Source: Lama guanicoe
Taxonomy: Eukaryota
DNA length: 64,000 nucleotides
Assembly (NCBI GenBank): GCA_013239625.1
Contig: MU053379.1
Span: 2,338,866 to 2,402,865 of the forward strand
Reading direction: 5' to 3'
Part shown: positions 1 to 11,760 of the stretch, in pieces
Position numbering within the stretch: the first letter of the stretch is position 1
Layout: every line of letters starts with the position of its first letter
Translations under genes and position numbers: made by a program
Notes under the pieces: model-generated
What the model was told of the DNA's origin: nothing
What the model saw: the letters and a program-made list of their open reading frames with translations, nothing else
The model's database searches: none

Positions 1-721
1 ATTTTTAAATATTGGCAACTATAATTTTTCTTTTGTTGGTTAGTTTCTGTAACATTATTAGGCAAACGAAAATTAAATTAGTGTTTTGCCCTGCAGTCCA
101 TGTTCTTCTCTTGCTAAATAGAATGATCGCATGGCTGCGTTGCCAAAGCTCCTCCGAAGGGATGTTCCCTGATTCCCCTTTTTTTCCCGTCCTCCTTCTG
201 AGGCGTTTCGCACTTGCTTGTTTCAGCTTATTTCCCCCTGACAACATCTCGAGGGTTCTGACGCCCCCACCAGAGCCATCTGCCCTTTCTCGTAAAGCCG
301 GGAGGGCGGGCAGCTCCTCCACGTCTTGTGTTCTAGGGATGTGTTACAGCTAAGTGTTGAAGGGTTTCTGAAGGCGATCCTTCAGCGCACATGCTGAAGA
401 GTCAGGGAAGCTGATGCAGAATTGCGCACGCGGCTGCAGGGGAGGAACCAGGCTGGCGGTGGGATCAGCGAGGGTGGGAGGTGCTGGGGTTCCAGGTGCG
501 TGCTGTCCAGCGCCGTTGGCCCTGGCCACGGGACTGAGGAGCGCTTGGTGTGTGGCTGGAGTGAGTTGAGATGGGCTGTAAGTGTAAAATATACAGGCTT
601 TGGAAACAGTGTGGAAAAGTGGGAAAATGCCTCATGTTTTATATTGATTCCATGCTGAAGTGATATTTTAGATGCGTTACGTAAATAGAGATAAATTTTA
701 CCTATTTATTTTTCCTTTTTT

Positions 722-1700
722 CCTTTTTTTATTTATTAAAGTATAGTTGATTTACAATATTTTGTTAGTTTCAGGTGTATAGCAGCATGATTTAGTTATA
801 TATATATTTTCAGATTCTTTTCATTATAGATTATGACAAAATATTAAATATAGTTCCCTGTGCTACACAGTAAATCCCTGTTGTTTATCTGTTTTAGGTA
901 TAATAGTATGATCTGTTAATTCAGTACTCCTAACTTATCCCTCCCCCTTTCCCCTTTGGTAACCATAAGTTTGTTATCTGTCTGTGTGTCTGTTTCTATT
1001 TGGTAAATAAGATCATTTGTATTATTTTTTTAGAGTCCACATATAAGTAATATATCATATTTGCCTTTCTCTGTCTGATTTACTTCACTTAGTATGATAA
1101 TCTCTAGGTCCATCCATGTTGCTGCAAATGGCAATATTTCATTTTTTCCCTCTTTTTTATCTTTTTTATGGCTGAGTAGTATTCCATATGTATACATACA
1201 CACACGCGCACGCGCGCGCACACACACACACACATATATACATACACCACATTTTCTTTATCCAGTAATCTGTTGATGGACATTCAGGTTGCTTCCATGT
1301 CTTGGCTACTGTAAATAGTGCTGCTGTGAACACTGGGGTGCAGGTTTCTTTTCAAAGTAGAGTTTTCGTCTTTTCCAGATACATACCCAGGAGTGGGATT
1401 GCTGGATCATGTGGTAACTCTATTTTTAATTTTTTAAGGAACCTCCATACTGTCCTCCATAGTGGCTGCCCCAAACTACATTCCCACCAATAGTGCAGGA
1501 GGGCTCCCTTTTCTCCACACCCTCTCCAGCATTTATCATTTATAGCCTTTTTGATGATGGCCATTCTGACCGATGTGAGGTGTTATCTCATTGTAGTTTT
1601 GATCTACATTTCTCTGATAATAAGCGACACTGAGCATTTTTTCATGTGCTTGTTGGCCATCTGTATGTCTTTTTTGTAGAAAGGTCTATTTAGGTCTTCT
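722..1700 (-). mobile_element. 5'-truncated LINE-1 (ORF2 C-terminus and 3' UTR)
   Basis: T-rich tail at left and a typical L1 3' UTR. ORF 1352-1564(-) contains [19 protein letters not shown]...PAIPLLG (L1 ORF2 cysteine-rich C-terminus); ORF 1030-1233(-) contains NEILPFAATWMDLEIIILSEV. Confidence 0.95.
1185..1246. repeat. Compound (CA/CG/TA)n alternating pyrimidine-purine microsatellite inside the L1
   Basis: catatgtatacatacacacacgcgcacgcgcgcgcacacacacacacacatatatacataca. Confidence 0.9.
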
Positions 1701-1787
1701 ATTTCTCCTTTTTAACCTGGGTACTAGAAATGTTTAAATTACATCTGTGACTCATTATATTCTACTGGACAGTACTACCCTAGAACA

Positions 1788-1996
1788 CAGGTCTGCAAAC
1801 TTTTTCCTGTAAAGGTCCAGATAGTCAATGTTTCCAGTTTCTCAGGCCATAAGGTGTTTGCTGGCAACCACTCACTCTGCCTTTCTAGTACAAAACCAGC
1901 CACAGACGAGATGGAAATGAATGAGTGTGGCTGTGTTCCAATAAAACTTTATTTACAAAAACAGGAGGCAATTGGGGGTCGACTTTCCGAGTCCTG
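1788..1996 (+). mobile_element. MER58A (hAT-Charlie MITE)
   Basis: caggtctgcaaactttttcctgtaaaggtccagatag...gtggctgtgttccaataaaactttatttacaaaaacagg. Confidence 0.85.
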
Positions 1997-2024
1997 CTTG
2001 ATGAGAAGATAAAAGATAAAAGAA

Positions 2025-2175
2025 GGAGGGAGTGAGGGTGTCTCTGAGGGGCTGGCAGCATTCTGTTTCTTGATCTGGATGCTGGTTAACTGGGTGTGCT
2101 TTTTGAGAATTCATCAAGCTCTTTATACATAATTGGCATATTTTTGTACACGTACATTACACATCAATCAAAGAG
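2025..2175 (+). mobile_element. Old L1M (L1ME-like) 3' fragment
   Basis: ggggctggcagcattctgtttcttgatctggatgctggtt...gagaattcatcaagct. Confidence 0.6.
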
Positions 2176-2243
2176 CTTACCCAAAGAGCCAGGGAAGTGT
2201 GTCTGCTCTTGACAGTCAGTGACAACCCTCTTCCCACTTTGAG

Positions 2244-2622
2244 TGTTAAAAACAAGACAATAGGCCCAAAATGGAATCTCTTGTGCTAAGCCCCATGTCA
2301 CCAAATTAATTACAGGTTCAGCCCTCCCAGAAATGGAACCTTAAACCAGTCAGTCAGGAATCCCATGATCAGCACAGTGAGGTCCTGCCTGGTAGACCCC
2401 TGTCATCCCCTAAAGGGAAGTGACCTTGCGGTCACCAACCTGCTTTTTTTTGCCTGATACAATGTCCCGGCTCCTGCCGTCTCTGCCTAAGAAAGTCTCT
2501 CACTTTGTACAACTCCTTGGGACTCCCTTCTACCTGCTGGATTGGGCGCTGCCCAATTCAGATTGATGGTTCCTCAGAGAAACTCATAAGATTTTTGATA
2601 TGCCTCATCTGGTCTTTTCACA
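2244..2622 (+). mobile_element. ERV1-class solo LTR
   Basis: TGTTAAAA...TTTTCACA termini; imperfect 4-bp TSD tgag/agag; LTR-like internal motifs (ggcccaaaatggaatc, aaaccagtcagtcaggaatc). Confidence 0.7.
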
Positions 2623-3694
2623 AGAGTGACGCCACTTTTTCAGCTCTCCACCAGTGGTCAGTGGTTTAAGTCATCCCAAACAATTTGACTTTTCCCCGGA
2701 GTATCTGTAACCCTGTCTTACAGTCCATTCTTTCTGTACAGCGGTCACTACCTTTGGGAGTCTTGTGCAGCGAGAAAAGCCACGCTCCTGGCCATTTGGG
2801 GGAGATTGAAGGGGACAGAATCCACTATATATTAAAACCTTAAGCTGTATCAAAGCTCCATGGTTTTGCCAATTAAAAAAAAAGATTCTGGTTCCTTATG
2901 AGCTCATCCCGTCTGCAGAATGAATAAACAGTTTTGGTATTCTGTCATTTAAATATAGACAGCACAGTATGAATTTTCCTTCTGGAGCTCGATGCTGACC
3001 AAGCCTCAGGGCACTTGATTGTGTCTGTCTGCCCGCCCACATCTCAGGACAGAGCCCGGAAAACGGGCCGAGGTCTGGGCTCTGGAGCGCAGTCCATGGC
3101 CCTCCCGGGACCGAGGGAGCATCTTTCTACCCCAGCTCTTTGCCCCTGCTCAGCATGGAAGTTGCAGAGAGAAGGCTTCCAGAAGTGGAAACATTTTTAA
3201 ATAAGTCCTTTAACTCTTCGCCTGTGGCTCCAGCTGCGTTGACACAAAGCCACGTTTGAGGCATGATGTCTCGGAGGCCTGGCACCTCGGAGTGTTTTCT
3301 CCTGGGACCCATAATGGTTGCTTTTAAGGGTTCAGTTCTATCAGTGTGGTGCTTGAACCGGACTTTCAGCTGACCTCCAAAAGGAAATCGTTTTAAAAAG
3401 GAAGGATTTTAGGTCTGCCAAGAATCAGATAATGGCCCAGCACAGAGAAAGCAGGGGTTGTGTGGTTTTTATATTAAAATACAAGTCTCTTAATGCCTCA
3501 AAACAGCAGCCTCCAGAAAATGTGAAATTTAATCGAGGAGGCTAGAAAAAGCAGTTTTTTCAAAGGTCGAAATTTTCCCTCTTTGTTCCTTGTGGCTCAT
3601 CGGAGAGGAACAAGTCCCTTTTCCCTGAATCTCCTCCTGCCTCTATTTTGGGTTTTATACAAGTGACTATTCTCATTAAAGTAACTTTCTTCTT

Positions 3695-3880
3695 TTTTTA
3701 TACATGTGTTTTTATTGAAGCATAGTCAGCCTGCAATGCTGTGTCCATTTCTGGTGCACAGCACAGTGCTTCAGCCACATAGGAGCACACATGTATTCGT
3801 TTTCGTATTCTTTTTAACCATAGGTTACTACAAGACACTGACTGTAGTTCCCTGTGTGACACGGCATGAACTTGTTTTAA
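3695..3880 (-). mobile_element. Short L1 3' end, GC-shifted
   Basis: tttttattgaagcatagtc...tctggtgcacagcac...tagttccctgtg; homologous to the other L1 3' ends in the window. Confidence 0.8.
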
Positions 3881-4867
3881 AGTAACTTTCACAGTTGTCT
3901 GAGAGCGGCCACGCTGTGCCTGGGACCTGCCGGGGGAGCCTTCGGGCTGGCCCTGTGGAGACGTGCCTGAGGACAAGGGCCTTTGATGTTTGCTTAATCG
4001 GACATCACTGATTACTTTCCCGATAAACTAACATTAAGAGGACCCCCGCCCCCATTTCTTTTCTTGAGCGGGTCTTGTGGTGTCTCACCCCGCCTTCCAC
4101 CCCAACTTTTGCCCAAAACAGACTCCATTCGAGGCAGGCCCCTAGGACGAGGGGCTGTCCGCTGTCCCAGCACAGTGGGTCTGGTGCAGGGCAGACTCGT
4201 TTCTCCTAAGCGTGACCACGTGTAAGGAGAGAGGCTGTGAGCAGTGTGGACACTGGCTGGGTTCCAGGCCGGGGACTGGCACACTGGTAAAGCAGTTGAC
4301 GCGTCACGTGACCTGCGGTTGTCATAGGCCATTTGGCCACCGCGGGCATCTTCTCTGCTGTTTGTAACTGCCGCAGTAACAGCACAGGCTCCTGAGAGGC
4401 TGGGGACCCCGAGTTCAGGGAAGATGCCACCTGTGTTGTATTGCCCACTGCTTCTCTCGGAGTTTTTCCCCCGCTGTAAGACCAGGTTCTAAGGGAGTAC
4501 GTGTTGGGGTCAGAAATGGCCCTAGTGACCCTGTCCTCTGACACTGATCTCCAGGCCTGCTGAGAACCAGGACAGTGGGGCAAGGGGGCAGAGAGGAAGC
4601 CTTGAGGCAGATGAAGTGAGGGTGAGGGAGAGGGCCAGGTGCTATGGAGGTGACACTGGGCCGGGAGGATCTAGTCCAAGGGAGAGGAGGAGCTGCTCCT
4701 GCAGGGTCAGGAGCCCCCGACACAGGTGAAGCTTAGAGCCAGGGATTGTTGAAGGGGATCGAGAAAAGTTCCCAGCCCCAGGGAGGCCTCCCCAGGTTCC
4801 AGAGATCCAGGGGAACAGAGAGCCCTGGGCTCCCAAGAGCTCCAGGTGGGGTGACCACCTGGGAGGG

Positions 4868-5290
4868 TGTATCAGTCAGCGGCAGTCTCAGCGGTGCTGC
4901 TTAACAAGGCACCCCCAAGCTCAGAGGCGTACAGCCACGAGTGCTTCCTTCTCGCTCTCCCATCTGCAGGTGGGCAGGAGTTCAGCGGATGGGGCCTGGG
5001 TCCCACCGGACGTGGCTCCCAGCTGGGCTGGTTCAGGTGCTCAGGTGCCTCTCAGCCTCCAGGGTTCTCTGGGATGTGCCCCTCTCGTGGCCGCTCCAGA
5101 GGCACCGGAACACAGCCCCACTGCATAAGCACTGTGAAGGCCAGTGCTCGCATCACTGATTCTGTTCCCCGAAGCAGGTCCCCCAGCCAAGCCCGACGTC
5201 AGGAGGGCGGGGGATATACTCCGCCTCTGCTGAGGGGCACTGCAGGGTCACGTGGCAGGGGGCGTGTGGATGGAGAGAGGCGGCAAGGCT
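4868..5290 (-). mobile_element. Old MaLR LTR (MLT1J/K-like)
   Basis: tgtatcagtcag...gctgcttaacaaggcacccccaagctcagaggc...gcaggtccccagccaagcccgacgtcagg; MLT1-like organisation. Confidence 0.55.
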
Positions 5291-6459
5291 TGGGTTGCAG
5301 CCCCCAGTTGATTTCTGCCAGCGTCTCCAGGGACGATCGCTGCGCAGGTGGACTCCGACTCACCGACCTCCCCCAGCTGTCACGCCCGCCAGGGTGCCGA
5401 CTGACGGGTTTGCAACGAGAGCCCTTACTCGGTGGACTAGGTCATTCTTACCATCCGTCGGTGTGTTCTTTTCTTGTAGGAAAGCCGCTTAGAGCACCAG
5501 ATCGTAACTCAAGTGTTGCTTCTGAGCAAGGAGCCAGAGCAAGGGGCGTGGCTGGATGATTTAAATGACTTGAACTTTCCAGGTCTGGTCGCTGGGGGCC
5601 CCCACCTCCTCTACGGGAAAATGCCCACCGGGGGGCACCGGGCAGGCCGCCCCCGTTAGGTGGGGCAGTATCCGCTTACTCCTTGTGCTACACTCTCCTA
5701 AACTCTTGTCGAATCTCTCTTCATCTCCGTTCTTTCCTTAGGTACAACTTGACTATTGCTTTAGAGGTAAAAATGAGATTATTCTTCTCTGATGACAGGT
5801 AATCATCATATGCAGAACGAAGGCATTTGCAAGAGTCCCCAGCCCCTCAGTTACTGACCACGACCTGGGGCGAGGTGCTCGGTAGACTCACCCGTGTCTC
5901 TGAAGTCCGCAGGCATCAGAGTGGACGGTGTCTCATGGTCCCTGCTGGCCGTGCGGCCGCATGGTGGCCGTCCTGGCCTGTGTGTGTACAAGCTTGCTTC
6001 TTATTCTTGGGACATTCATGGCCTTAACATGTCGGTCAGCCAAGCACGTCAGGACCGTTTGAGGAAGGAGGAGGAATCGAGGTTGTCATCTGAAACCTTC
6101 CCTTGACCCCTTCTGTGAGATCAGACTCCTTCATGAAGTCTGACTCTTAGCTGTTCACAGCCCCTGATCTGTTGCTTAGAAACATTAAAAAGTCACTGAA
6201 GTTCATGTTTTGGGGGCATCAGGCTAATGTCTCCTGTCGTCATTTTTCTTCTAAGTGCTCAAAAGTCACCATCTTAATATTTCTTCTTGACCATATTCAG
6301 GAAATAAAATCTTCCCTTGAAATAACATTTACCCAGCCCTAATCCGCTACCTCCTCCCCTGTTCTCCATAAGTTTTCCTAAAAAAGGTCAGTGTCAACGA
6401 TTCCATGACCTCATCTGTTTTCCTACTGTCCGGGGTAAACGTTTGGGTCTGCTTTTCAT

Positions 6460-6730
6460 AATGAGACCCTGGCAGGGCCGGGGTGGGAAGTGCCCAGGCC
6501 CCGGGGACCAGAGCCAAGTCGGGGTTGGCGGGAGGCACACAGGACGTGCTGAGGGAAGGCGGGGCCGCAGCCGGCCCTGGAGGGCGGGCGCCCGGGTTCC
6601 AGAGCGGAGCTGGGTCGGGGGGAGGCGGCTGAGCTGAGGGCCCGGGGCGCGGGCGGTGGACTCTGGAGGTGGCGGGCGCTGTGAGGCTGTCCCGGGAAGA
6701 GAAGGGAAGCCGCCTCCGCGCCAGGTGTTG
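6460..6730. promoter_or_regulatory. Small CpG-rich, GC-box-rich island (candidate enhancer or promoter)
   Basis: Dense CpG; GGGCGG/GGCGGG boxes (aggcggggc, agggcgggc, cgggcggtg); no associated coding exon found. Confidence 0.4.
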
Positions 6731-7094
6731 GGGGCTGGAGCCAAGGAGGAAGTTTGAGACGGAGGATGAAACGGGCCCCTCGGTGACGTGCGGGGATGAA
6801 GGTGATTGTGGGAAACTCTCACAAGGCAGGAAGGGTCGGCTGGACGGGCCGCCCAGTGGTGTTCGCTGCTGTGCTCCATCCCAAGATTGGCCAGAAGGTC
6901 AAGTAGGGTAGTGAGTGAGAAATGCCGACGTGCCCCCTCCACCCACCCCACCCCCCGTTTCTGTGACTCTCCCCTTCCAGTGCTGCTCCCAACAGAGCAC
7001 GCTCAGGCTTGTCTTCCTCGCCCGCTTTGCAGCACCGGCTCCACTGAACAATGTCTTGTGCCTTGGTCCCTCTATTCTGCGACAACAGCCGCCG

Positions 7095-7472
7095 TGTCGG
7101 ACTAGCCTGCCAGGGCTGCCGTGGAGAGACTGGGAGGTTTAAACAGCGTGAGTGAATTTTCTCGCAGTTCTGGAGGCTCGAAGTCCGAGATAAAGGTGCT
7201 GGCGGATTGGATGCTCCCGAGGCCTCTCTCCTTGTTTGCAGAGCTGCCCTCTGGCTGCCGCTGCCCGTGCTCTTGCCTCTGTGTGTCCACATCCCCATGT
7301 CCCTCCCTGTGTACCCTAATCTCCTCCTCTCACAAGGACACCGGTCATGCTGCCTTGAGACCCACCCGAGCAGCCTCGTTTTGGCTCAGTTACCCCTTTA
7401 AAGCTCCCATTTCCAGACACAGTCACACTGTGAGGTACGGGGGGGGGGCGTGCAAAATTCAGCCTGTAACAC
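7095..7472 (-). mobile_element. MaLR LTR (MLT1B/C-like)
   Basis: ccagggctgccgt...gtttaaacag...cagttctggaggctcgaagtccgagataaagg...aattcagcctgtaaca. Confidence 0.8.
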
Positions 7473-7920
7473 ATGGCCTTGCTGCCGACACCCTCACTTC
7501 TGTCTCCAGCACGGATCGCCCAGCAAGGGCCAGGTGAGTTGATGTCTGGCCTCCTGAGCTTTCCACGTGGATGTCCCCAGATTCAGCTCGTTGTCTTCTC
7601 CCTAAAGCCTTCCCTTCCTCAACAGTCTGGAGGTTTACGTAAGATGATCACTGCCTCGTGTGAGTCTTCTCCATTTGTCGAATCAGTTCAAATAGGAAAA
7701 TCCGGAAGAGCGGGGCGTACGTGCCAGGAGGGGCAGAATAACTACGAAGCGGTGCTGAGCACATGGCCTCTGAGCCATCCGTTGTCTCTACCACTGTCTC
7801 CCCGCCAACACTGAGAACGTGATTTCACGTCTTCACCCCCCATCTCTGTGTCTGTGAGCTTCGCCTTGGTTAGGATGCCAGGCTCTCAGGGATGCTGTGA
7901 GAAATCCGTGAGACCTTGTA

Positions 7921-8312
7921 TGTGGTCCAGCCTTGTTCTCATTTCACTTCCTGCCAGTCTGACTTCTGGCCCCAAGTCCTACATCTCTCTGCCAGAAAGG
8001 TACTGGGAATTAATGCCCCCCCGGGAGCAGCCCGCAGCCAACACCGATGGGAGTTGGTGTATCAATACCCCGGCGCCCTCACCCTTCCAGATGGGGTCCC
8101 TCTGAGGCCTGTGTCTGACACTGGTTGCCAGTTTCCTTGTGGGACTAAACTCCAGTCACCCACAGGAGTAACTGGCTTGAAAACCCTCCTCCCCTTCTCT
8201 GACTTGTTCCCCGTTCACCTGCCAGCATTTCCCGGAACTCTCTTCCCTAGAAATTACTTGCCCAGGAACCCTTGCCTTGGAATTTGCTTCTGGGGGAACC
8301 CAAACTATGACA
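7921..8312 (+). mobile_element. ERVL LTR16-like LTR
   Basis: tatcaataccccggcgccctcacc...actccagtcacccacagg...ends ttgcttctgggggaacccaaactatgaca. Confidence 0.7.
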
Positions 8313-8314
8313 TG

Positions 8315-8631
8315 TGCTGTGATCTGAATGTTTGTGTCCCCTCCCCCAAATCGTGTGAAACCCTGGTGCCCAGGGTGATGGTACTAGGAGGGAGGGCCTG
8401 TGGGAGATGCGTCATCCCTCACTAGTGGGATTCCTGCCCTTACAGAAGAGTCCCTTAGTCCTCCACCCATGTGAGGCTGCCACACGGAGTCTGCAGCCAG
8501 AAAGGGGGCCTCACCCAACCACGCTGGTGCCCTGACCTCAGGCCTCCCGCCTCCAGAACTGCGAGCAGTGCGTTTCGGTGGGTTGTCATATCCGCAACAT
8601 TTTGTTAGAGCAGCTCCAAGGGCCTAAGACA
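8315..8631 (+). mobile_element. MaLR LTR (MLT1A-like)
   Basis: tgctgtgatctgaatgtttgtgtcccctcccccaaat...gcctccagaactgcgag...ttgttagagcagc...ctaagaca. Confidence 0.85.
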
Positions 8632-9032
8632 CAATGTGTAAAGCTGGCTCAGTGCCGAGCATCCAGCCAGCGCTCACAACTGTGGCTGTTTCTGCCACCG
8701 TCAAGTTGGGATTCGCTTCAGTGACAAGCGGAGAGGCCTGTAGGCGAGGGCAGAGTCTCCGCGACCCGGTTCTCACCTCCACGCCGGAGTGAGAAGCCCG
8801 GTGTGGGCGTCACAAGGCCGTGAGGGCCCGGCTAATAACGGTCAGTTTATAACAGGCATTCTCAGCGGGGACTGTGTTGGCCCCAAGAAGCCAAAAATTG
8901 TTTGGGGGTTAAAAAAAATCCTACCGTTTTTGTGTATAAATCACAGAGACCCATGTGACATATGAACAAATATACAATAAATCTATGGCATTAAAATTTA
9001 ACCAGGGGGTCAATTAGAAAACATTGTCTAAT

Positions 9033-9128
9033 GGGGAAGGTACAGCTCAGTGGTAGCACGTGCTTATCACGCACGAGGTCCTGGGTTCAACCCCCAGTAC
9101 CTCCACTGAAAAATGAAAACAAAACAAC
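9033..9128 (+). mobile_element. tRNA-derived camelid-type SINE
   Basis: ggggaaggtacagctcagtggtag (A box)...gggttcaacccc (B box), A-rich tail; 11-bp TSD aacattgtcta at 9020-9030 and 9129-9139. Confidence 0.9.
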
Positions 9129-9993
9129 AACATTGTCTAGAAGCCTCCTGGAAGCGGGCAGTAACAGTAACAAAACCCTGCTGGCTTCTCACAGGCAGGA
9201 GAAGTTACTGCTGACTCTCGCCTGACTTTGGAGCATCCTGGTGGCGCTGTTTAGTTTGCAGGGTTCATGTCCTCTTCTCTGCAGTGGGGAGTTAACAGCT
9301 GAACTTTCATGAAGTTGTTTGGTCAAGTGTACCCGGCAAGGCACCAGGCTTTTTGGCAAAACATCCACCTGTTTGTGGTTAAGATTTTCCTGGTTCTCAT
9401 TACAACCAGACTCGGTTAACATTTTGAGAACCACAAGGCTTGGCTCTGATGGCCAAGGCGACCAGTTCATCCAGCACGGTGTCCTTTGACTCCTTCCTGA
9501 CTCACTTCTCCAAAGCGTCTCCTCCTGGCTGACAGCACTGAATCTGACAGGCAGGGGAAAAAAAGGACCAAATTCTTTAGTTTCAGCCCGTATTTCTTTT
9601 GTCAAGGTATGATCGTTAAAAGAGTTGTTTTTTTTTAAACACAGCTCTCCTGCAGACGTCTAACGTACGTGAGCTGAAGATTCATTTCGCCCTTAGGAAA
9701 GCATCAGTGGGCCGGCCAGGCTGGTTCACAGCGGGACGTGGGACGCTGGTGTGTGTATAGCCCGTCCCCAGCCAGGCTGCTAAACCCTGCTCGTAGCTTA
9801 GACGCCTGGCTGGTTCCTGACCGTCCTGCAGGGCAGTCAAACCGTGGTCTTTGGAGTTGTCCTCTCCCGGGCAGTGCAACTTGTAAATTGTATTTGGATG
9901 ATTGTATCTGGATATTTTGGACAGTTTTCCTTAAATAGTCACCTGGATTCGCCTGAACATCTTCTATACCAGTCGGTCTGGGCTGTGCTGTCT

Positions 9994-10128
9994 CTCTGTT
10001 TGTTTTGGGGGGGGAATACTTAGGTTTGTTTATTTTTATTTATTTTTTTTAATGGAGGTCCTGGGGATGGAACCCAGGTCCTCGTGCGTGCTGAGCACAT
10101 GCTCCACCACTGAGCTACACCCTCCCCT
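9994..10128 (-). mobile_element. tRNA-derived camelid-type SINE
   Basis: Reverse complement of the 9033 family; TSD tgggctgtgc(t/a)gtct at 9979-9993 and 10131-10145. Confidence 0.9.
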
Positions 10129-11044
10129 CTTGGGCTGTGCAGTCTTCACAAGCGTTTGTTCTTCGTTGTCCCTTTTGAGAGTCTGAAAGGCTATCTGGAA
10201 AAACCTTTACCTTGTCTCTTGGCTTGCTGTAAATGTGTACAACAGCCCGGTGTGCAGTGTTCGCCTGTTCTGTGGTGTAGCTACTCCGGTGCATCTCGGT
10301 CTATAATGTGATGCCATTGAAGGCAGGGTTGGGAAGGCGTTTTCACAGCCCCGACTGTGTGCAGCATCTTCTGGCTCCGGCACATCCTTGGGTGTGTTGC
10401 GTGACACATGCTGTGTGGATTATTGTCATGCTGCTCAGGTCACTTCCCAAGGGTGTGGAATCGTGGTCACTAGGTAACTATCTCTGAAGAGCCAAAGATT
10501 AGCTCATCCGGTGGTTCTAAAATTATCATCCCTGTTCCTGGAGGGCCCCTCAGGGCTTACACAAACTTGATTCAAATTTCTTTTAAAAAGTTATATATTT
10601 AAGAAATGCAGTGAAAATAGACACGTACACACAGATGCAGCAAACATATAAAGGAGTTCAGGGCACTGATCAACACCAGGTCTAGAATTCTTGTAACTTC
10701 TGGAAGGGAGGAGAAGATCCTCTGGGAAGGAATTCACAGGGGCGGGGAGGTGTGTGGTACCATCTTAAATAACTTTTCTGCATGTCTTAAATATTACACA
10801 GTACCTAATAAAACACACACCTGCGAATGCATTTTATATCAGATTTCAAACCTTTAAAAACCACTAACCTGTTAACTTGTGCTGCCGGACTAACTTATTT
10901 TGTACAAGTGATGGAATAAAGCTACCCCCTACCGTCTCTGTTTAATTAAAAGTTTCCCAGTGTTGCGGTGAGCTGTTCAAAAACATGAAACTGTCCCTAA
11001 GAATCTTGTTTAGTTTTATTTTATATAATGAGGCAGTGGAATGC

Positions 11045-11760
11045 ACTTTCAAATTTTAAAATGATTTCAGACTTAATACATGTTGTGGGTATAGAGAGAA
11101 TCCTAGTATGCCGTTTACTTACCCAGAGGAGTAAATTTTTTCATATATTCTCACACATATTTTAATCATTCTCTGATGCACACGCCCGCGCACGCACACC
11201 TTTTTCTAAGTGATTTGAGAGTAAACTGCACGCGTCACGTCTCTGTACTACTTAGAATTTCAGTGTTTACTTCTTGAGAACAGGGACTTCCTTAGTCACA
11301 AGGCAGTTGTCAAATTCAGGAAACGCAATGTGAGTGCAATGCTTTAATCTACCGTCCGCATGCCCAGTCTCACCAGTTATCCCGCTAATGCCACGTGGAG
11401 TGATTTTATTGTTTATTCTGTGGATTCAGATCCAGTCTTGGGTCGTGCGTTGCCTCGAGTTGTCACTTCTCTTTAGATCTGTCCTTTCTCCCTGGATCTG
11501 AGGTGGACCTGTAGTCTTTCTTTGTCTTTGAAGCCCTTGACCTTGCTGAAGCGTTCAGGCCAGCTGTTTCTGTAGAGTGACTCTCAGTTTGCGTGTCTGA
11601 TGTCCTCACAGGCGGGTTTGGGTCCCGTGCTGTTGGCCGCAGGTGGGGCGCCGCGTCCTCCTCGGTGCCTGGTCTCGGGAGGCGCGGGTGGCGGGGCCCT
11701 CTGCCGACCATCTGCGGTGATGTCCTCCCCTTTCTCTGCGGTGGGAGGTTTCTGAGAGCC
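11045..11760 (-). mobile_element. Old L1MC/L1ME 3' UTR fragment, increasingly GC-shifted towards the right
   Basis: aatgatttcagactta...tgatttgagagtaaactgca...tcaaattcaggaaa...ggattcagatccagtc...tcaggccagctgtttctgtagagtgactctcagtttg. Confidence 0.65.

Larger units (their letters stand above)
500..1778 (-). mobile_element. MER33 (hAT-Charlie MITE), split by an L1 insertion into ~500-721 and ~1701-1778
   Basis: gtgctgtcca...gagatgggctgtaagtgtaaaatatac...tatattgattccatgctgaa resumes after the L1 as actagaaatgtttaaattacatctgtgactcattatattctactggacagtact; matches the recalled MER33 reverse complement. Confidence 0.8.

Noticed and set aside
9033..9128. tRNA gene
   Set aside because: A/B boxes are present, but the A-rich tail, TSDs and five diverged copies in the window identify it as a SINE
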